From a virus (Duplodnaviria > Caudoviricetes), in the IMG/VR virus record IMGVR_UViG_3300031555_002663, positions 1 to 64,000 of that record: a stretch of 64,000 nt of DNA; one strand, 5' to 3'. The first letter of the stretch is position 1; each line of letters opens with the position of its first letter. Below the pieces are notes generated by a model. That model made no database searches, was not told the origin of the DNA, and worked only from the letters and a program-made list of their open reading frames with translations. The translations under genes were made by a program, and so were the position numbers. This document shows positions 61,077 to 64,000 of this stretch, one piece after another.

Positions 61077-61463
61077 ATGAAAACAATTAATAAAGTTATG
61101 ACCAATGATGAAATTTATCGTTGCGCTGTTGATATTATGAATAGTCTCAATGATATTGAGACCCCAATGCCAGCAGCAATTAGTTTCAGCATTACAAAAA
61201 ATAAAAAGACAATTTCTGCTTTAGCAGAAGACATTGAAAAGTATAGAATTGATATATTAAATAAATACGGTGCAAAAATCGTTGAAAATAATATGATTTC
61301 TATTCCAGAAGAAAAAGTTAATGATGCAAACAGAGAGCTTGAAGAATTATTAACTATTTCTCAGGAAGTTAGAATCTATACTTTTTCTATTGAAGATTTA
61401 CAGAATGTAAACCTTTCACCAGCACAAATGGAAGCAATTCTATTTATGATTGATGAGGAATAA
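61077..61463 (+). CDS. small tail-region protein
   Basis: 128 aa, GGAG RBS. Confidence 0.6.
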   Translation: MKTINKVMTNDEIYRCAVDIMNSLNDIETPMPAAISFSITKNKKTISALAEDIEKYRIDILNKYGAKIVENNMISIPEEKVNDANRELEELLTISQEVRIYTFSIEDLQNVNLSPAQMEAILFMIDEE

Positions 61464-61489
61464 ATAAAGAGAAAAAGGAGGCAAATTAA

Positions 61490-64000
61490 ATGTTAGCTTC
61501 ACCTATTATCGAAGGAACATTGCCCGCTTTTTATTTAGAAAACGGGACTGCTACTATTGCAGTCCCTTTTTCTCGAAGTAGAGCGGTTAGCGATTATGAT
61601 GTTAATGGATATAGTCTTAAAATTAAAAATTTACAAGGCTCAGAATATTTATTAACTTTATCTCATTCTCGCTTTGACTCCAGCGAATCTATTGTTTATT
61701 TTGATGTTCTTGAAGATACTGTAAAAAAAGTTTTTTCAGTTGGTTCTTTCTACAAAGCGCAAATGGCTTATGTAGATAGAGATGGTTTAGTTGGATATTA
61801 TTCCACTGTTGGTATTCTTAAGTATACTACTAAACCAGATGTTTCTATTCTTGATTTAAAAACCATGAAGAATAATGGACATCAATATTCTTATACAGGA
61901 GTTTATAGTCAAAAAGGAAAAGATTTTACTGAAAAAGCTTATTCTTATAGATTCGTTGTGAAAAATAGTAATAATGGTATAGTTGAGGATACTGGTTTTA
62001 TTGTTCATAATCATTCTACCGATACTAATCAGTATGAGTCTCAAGATGTGTTCTTATTTTCACAAGACCTTCCTCCAAATGAAAAATACTCTATTACTTA
62101 TACAGTAAGAACAAATAATAACTTAGAAGTTTCTAGTCCAACATATAAAATTGTAGCTCAAACCTCTATGGTTTCTACTTTAATTTCTGAGATTAGTACT
62201 TCTTTAGACTATGATAACGGCTATGTTGCAATTAAATTAAAAGGAGAAATTGATCCAAATACTGGGCTAGAGCGTTTGGTCAAAGGCTCTTTCATGTTAT
62301 CTCGAACTTCTGAAAAATCTAACTTTTTAGATTGGGAAACTATAGATTGTTTTAATTTAACTTCTTCTAAGCCTTCTATAGAAACCTGGAAGGATTTTGC
62401 GGTAGAGCAAGGTATCCGTTATAAATATTGCATTCAGCAGTACAATAAACAAAATCTATTTTCTCAAAAGTTGATTTCAAATGAAGTTTATGTAGATTTT
62501 GAAGATGCTTTTTTATATGATGGAAAACGTCAATTAAAAATTCGTTTTAATCCAAAAGTATCTTCTTTTAAGAAAAATTTATTAGAAGCCAAAATTGACA
62601 CAATCGGAAGTCAGTACCCTTTTATTTTTAAGAATGGTAATGTTGAATATAAAGAATTCCCTATTGCGGGATTAATTTCTCGAACAATGGATGAACAAAA
62701 TCTTTTTAGAGAAGATTCTAATTTAGTTTTACCAGAACAAGGACATAGAAAGCAAGATAGATCATTTATTAAAGTTTCTTTTCCAAGTGAAACATCTGAT
62801 GCATATCAGGCACAAGTTTATGAAAAGAATTATATGATTTATTATGTTTCTATTTATACTGCCGCGACTGGAACATCAAAAATGTGGAAGTGGACAGAGT
62901 ATCTTTCTTCTCTTGGAATTCCAGTAAATCAACATCACTTGTGGACTTATTGTGCAGATCTATTTAAAAACAATATCAATAGATTGTATGTTTCTAAATG
63001 TGTAGCTACCAAGCAAGATTTAAAAGAAGAGCTGTTCTTAAAAGTAACAGATGAAATTTCTTCTAATATTTTTGCAGAACGTGAATTTAAATTAGATGTT
63101 CTTGATTGGTTAACCAATGGTCAACCAAAATTATTTAAATCTCCTAATGAGGGTAATTATTTAGTGCGTTTAATGAATACTTCATTAACACCTCAAGACC
63201 AGTTAGGACGAATGCTTCATAATTTTTCTTGTACTGCATATGAAATTGATAAATTTACATATGATGCGATGATTAAATATGGTATTATAAATATTAGTAA
63301 TGAAAATAGTAAGTATTTAAAAATTATTTCTGTTCCATTGCAAACCTATGATACTAACTGGGCAAATCTTAGTGGTATTGAATTTCAACCAAATCCTAAA
63401 CGCGTTCCTTCTGGACCTTATTATGCACAAGGAGATTTGTTAAAAATGAATCGAATGGTTGAATGGGCTACCTTAGAAGATATGGAGCCTGGCACTAAAT
63501 TAACTATCGATGGAGAATCTGTTACTGTTGGTGCGAGTGGAAAATATCATATACCAATGACAGTGTCTCAGATTTCTTTAGATCCAGGCCAAAAAAGTAC
63601 AGGTATTTTAACATATGCTTATTATGGTGAAATTAATGACTCTTTTAGTCAAGTTATTAATACCAATATTGATGAGGTTATTGGAAGACAATTTATTGGT
63701 GCCCATGAAAATGTTATAGATTTAATAAAAGATAATGCAACTCAAGTTTCATCTTTTTATAATGTAAGACTCTTAAAACGACCTATTCAAGATTGTTATA
63801 TGAGTCCTTATACCTATTACGAAAGAATCGATTATACTTATGAGTTTGTTTTAACATATAAAGATAATTATAAGAATTATTTCGTAGAGAATAAAAATGT
63901 AGATGGAGAATATATTCCTGCTCCAGAAACATATGACCCTAATTTAAGCTATTATAAAGCAATTATAAAACAAGAGTTAATAACTGAAAATGGAGATGTA
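61490..64000 (+). CDS. tail/baseplate protein with FN3-like beta domains, partial
   Basis: GGAGG RBS plus ATG 61490 (MLASPIIEGTLPAFY...). Translated by hand for the first part; absence from the ORF track implies no stop before the window end. Confidence 0.65.
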   Translation, partial: MLASPIIEGTLPAFYLENGTATIAVPFSRSRAVSDYDVNGYSLKIKNLQGSEYLLTLSHSRFDSSESIVYFDVLEDTVKKVFSVGSFYKAQMAYVDRDGLVGYYSTVGILKYTTKPDVSILDLKTMKNNGHQYSYTGVYSQKGKDFTEKAYSYRFVVKNSNNGIVEDTGFIVHNHSTDTNQYESQDVFLFSQDLPPNEKYSITYTVRTNNNLEVSSPTYKIVAQTSMVSTLISEISTSLDYDNGYVAIKLKGEIDPNTGLERLVKGSFMLSRTSEKSNFLDWETIDCFNLTSSKPSIETWKDFAVEQGIRYKYCIQQYNKQNLFSQKLISNEVYVDFEDAFLYDGKRQLKIRFNPKVSSFKKNLLEAKIDTIGSQYPFIFKNGNVEYKEFPIAGLISRTMDEQNLFREDSNLVLPEQGHRKQDRSFIKVSFPSETSDAYQAQVYEKNYMIYYVSIYTAATGTSKMWKWTEYLSSLGIPVNQHHLWTYCADLFKNNINRLYVSKCVATKQDLKEELFLKVTDEISSNIFAEREFKLDVLDWLTNGQPKLFKSPNEGNYLVRLMNTSLTPQDQLGRMLHNFSCTAYEIDKFTYDAMIKYGIINISNENSKYLKIISVPLQTYDTNWANLSGIEFQPNPKRVPSGPYYAQGDLLKMNRMVEWATLEDMEPGTKLTIDGESVTVGASGKYHIPMTVSQISLDPGQKSTGILTYAYYGEINDSFSQVINTNIDEVIGRQFIGAHENVIDLIKDNATQVSSFYNVRLLKRPIQDCYMSPYTYYERIDYTYEFVLTYKDNYKNYFVENKNVDGEYIPAPETYDPNLSYYKAIIKQELITENGDV

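Noticed and set aside
1-64000. tRNA genes, including an amber suppressor
   Set aside because: No cloverleaf or T-loop GTTCGA context found by eye in intergenic regions; it may lie outside the window, and tRNAscan-SE is needed
56037-64000. Diversity-generating retroelement target or template
   Set aside because: No reverse transcriptase and no adenine-variant repeat pair seen in the window
1-64000. Prophage or integrative element
   Set aside because: No integrase, att-like flanks or host housekeeping synteny; folD sits within phage-type operons

Overview
64 kb of a large tailed bacteriophage genome, probably infecting a Firmicutes/Clostridia host (sigmaA-type TG-extended promoters, AbrB-like and Ltp-like genes). 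It has four zones. (1) 1-13 kb: minus-strand small early genes split by a repeated terminator+promoter unit, with a formate/nitrite-channel moron. (2) 13-15 kb: plus-strand island with an iteron-like array and a tandem winged-helix Rep-like gene (candidate origin). (3) 15.4-28.3 kb: cassette array with about 30 strong promoters, mostly monocistronic genes, duplicated winged-helix paralogs, two structured ncRNA candidates, and a family of GC-rich hairpins behind antisense or convergent promoters. Palindrome-rich non-coding blocks bound it on both sides, so it may be a long terminal repeat or host-takeover region. (4) 28.4-31.2 kb minus-strand genes including folD, then the plus-strand morphogenesis operon (terminase, portal, capsid, tail, tape measure). 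The phage appears to read TAG as sense, likely Gln (code 15). Twelve in-frame TAGs interrupt seven late genes, and none of the roughly 80 gene ends I checked is TAG. No tRNA, integrase, RT or CRISPR array was seen. All functional calls come from motifs read by eye; no database search was run.
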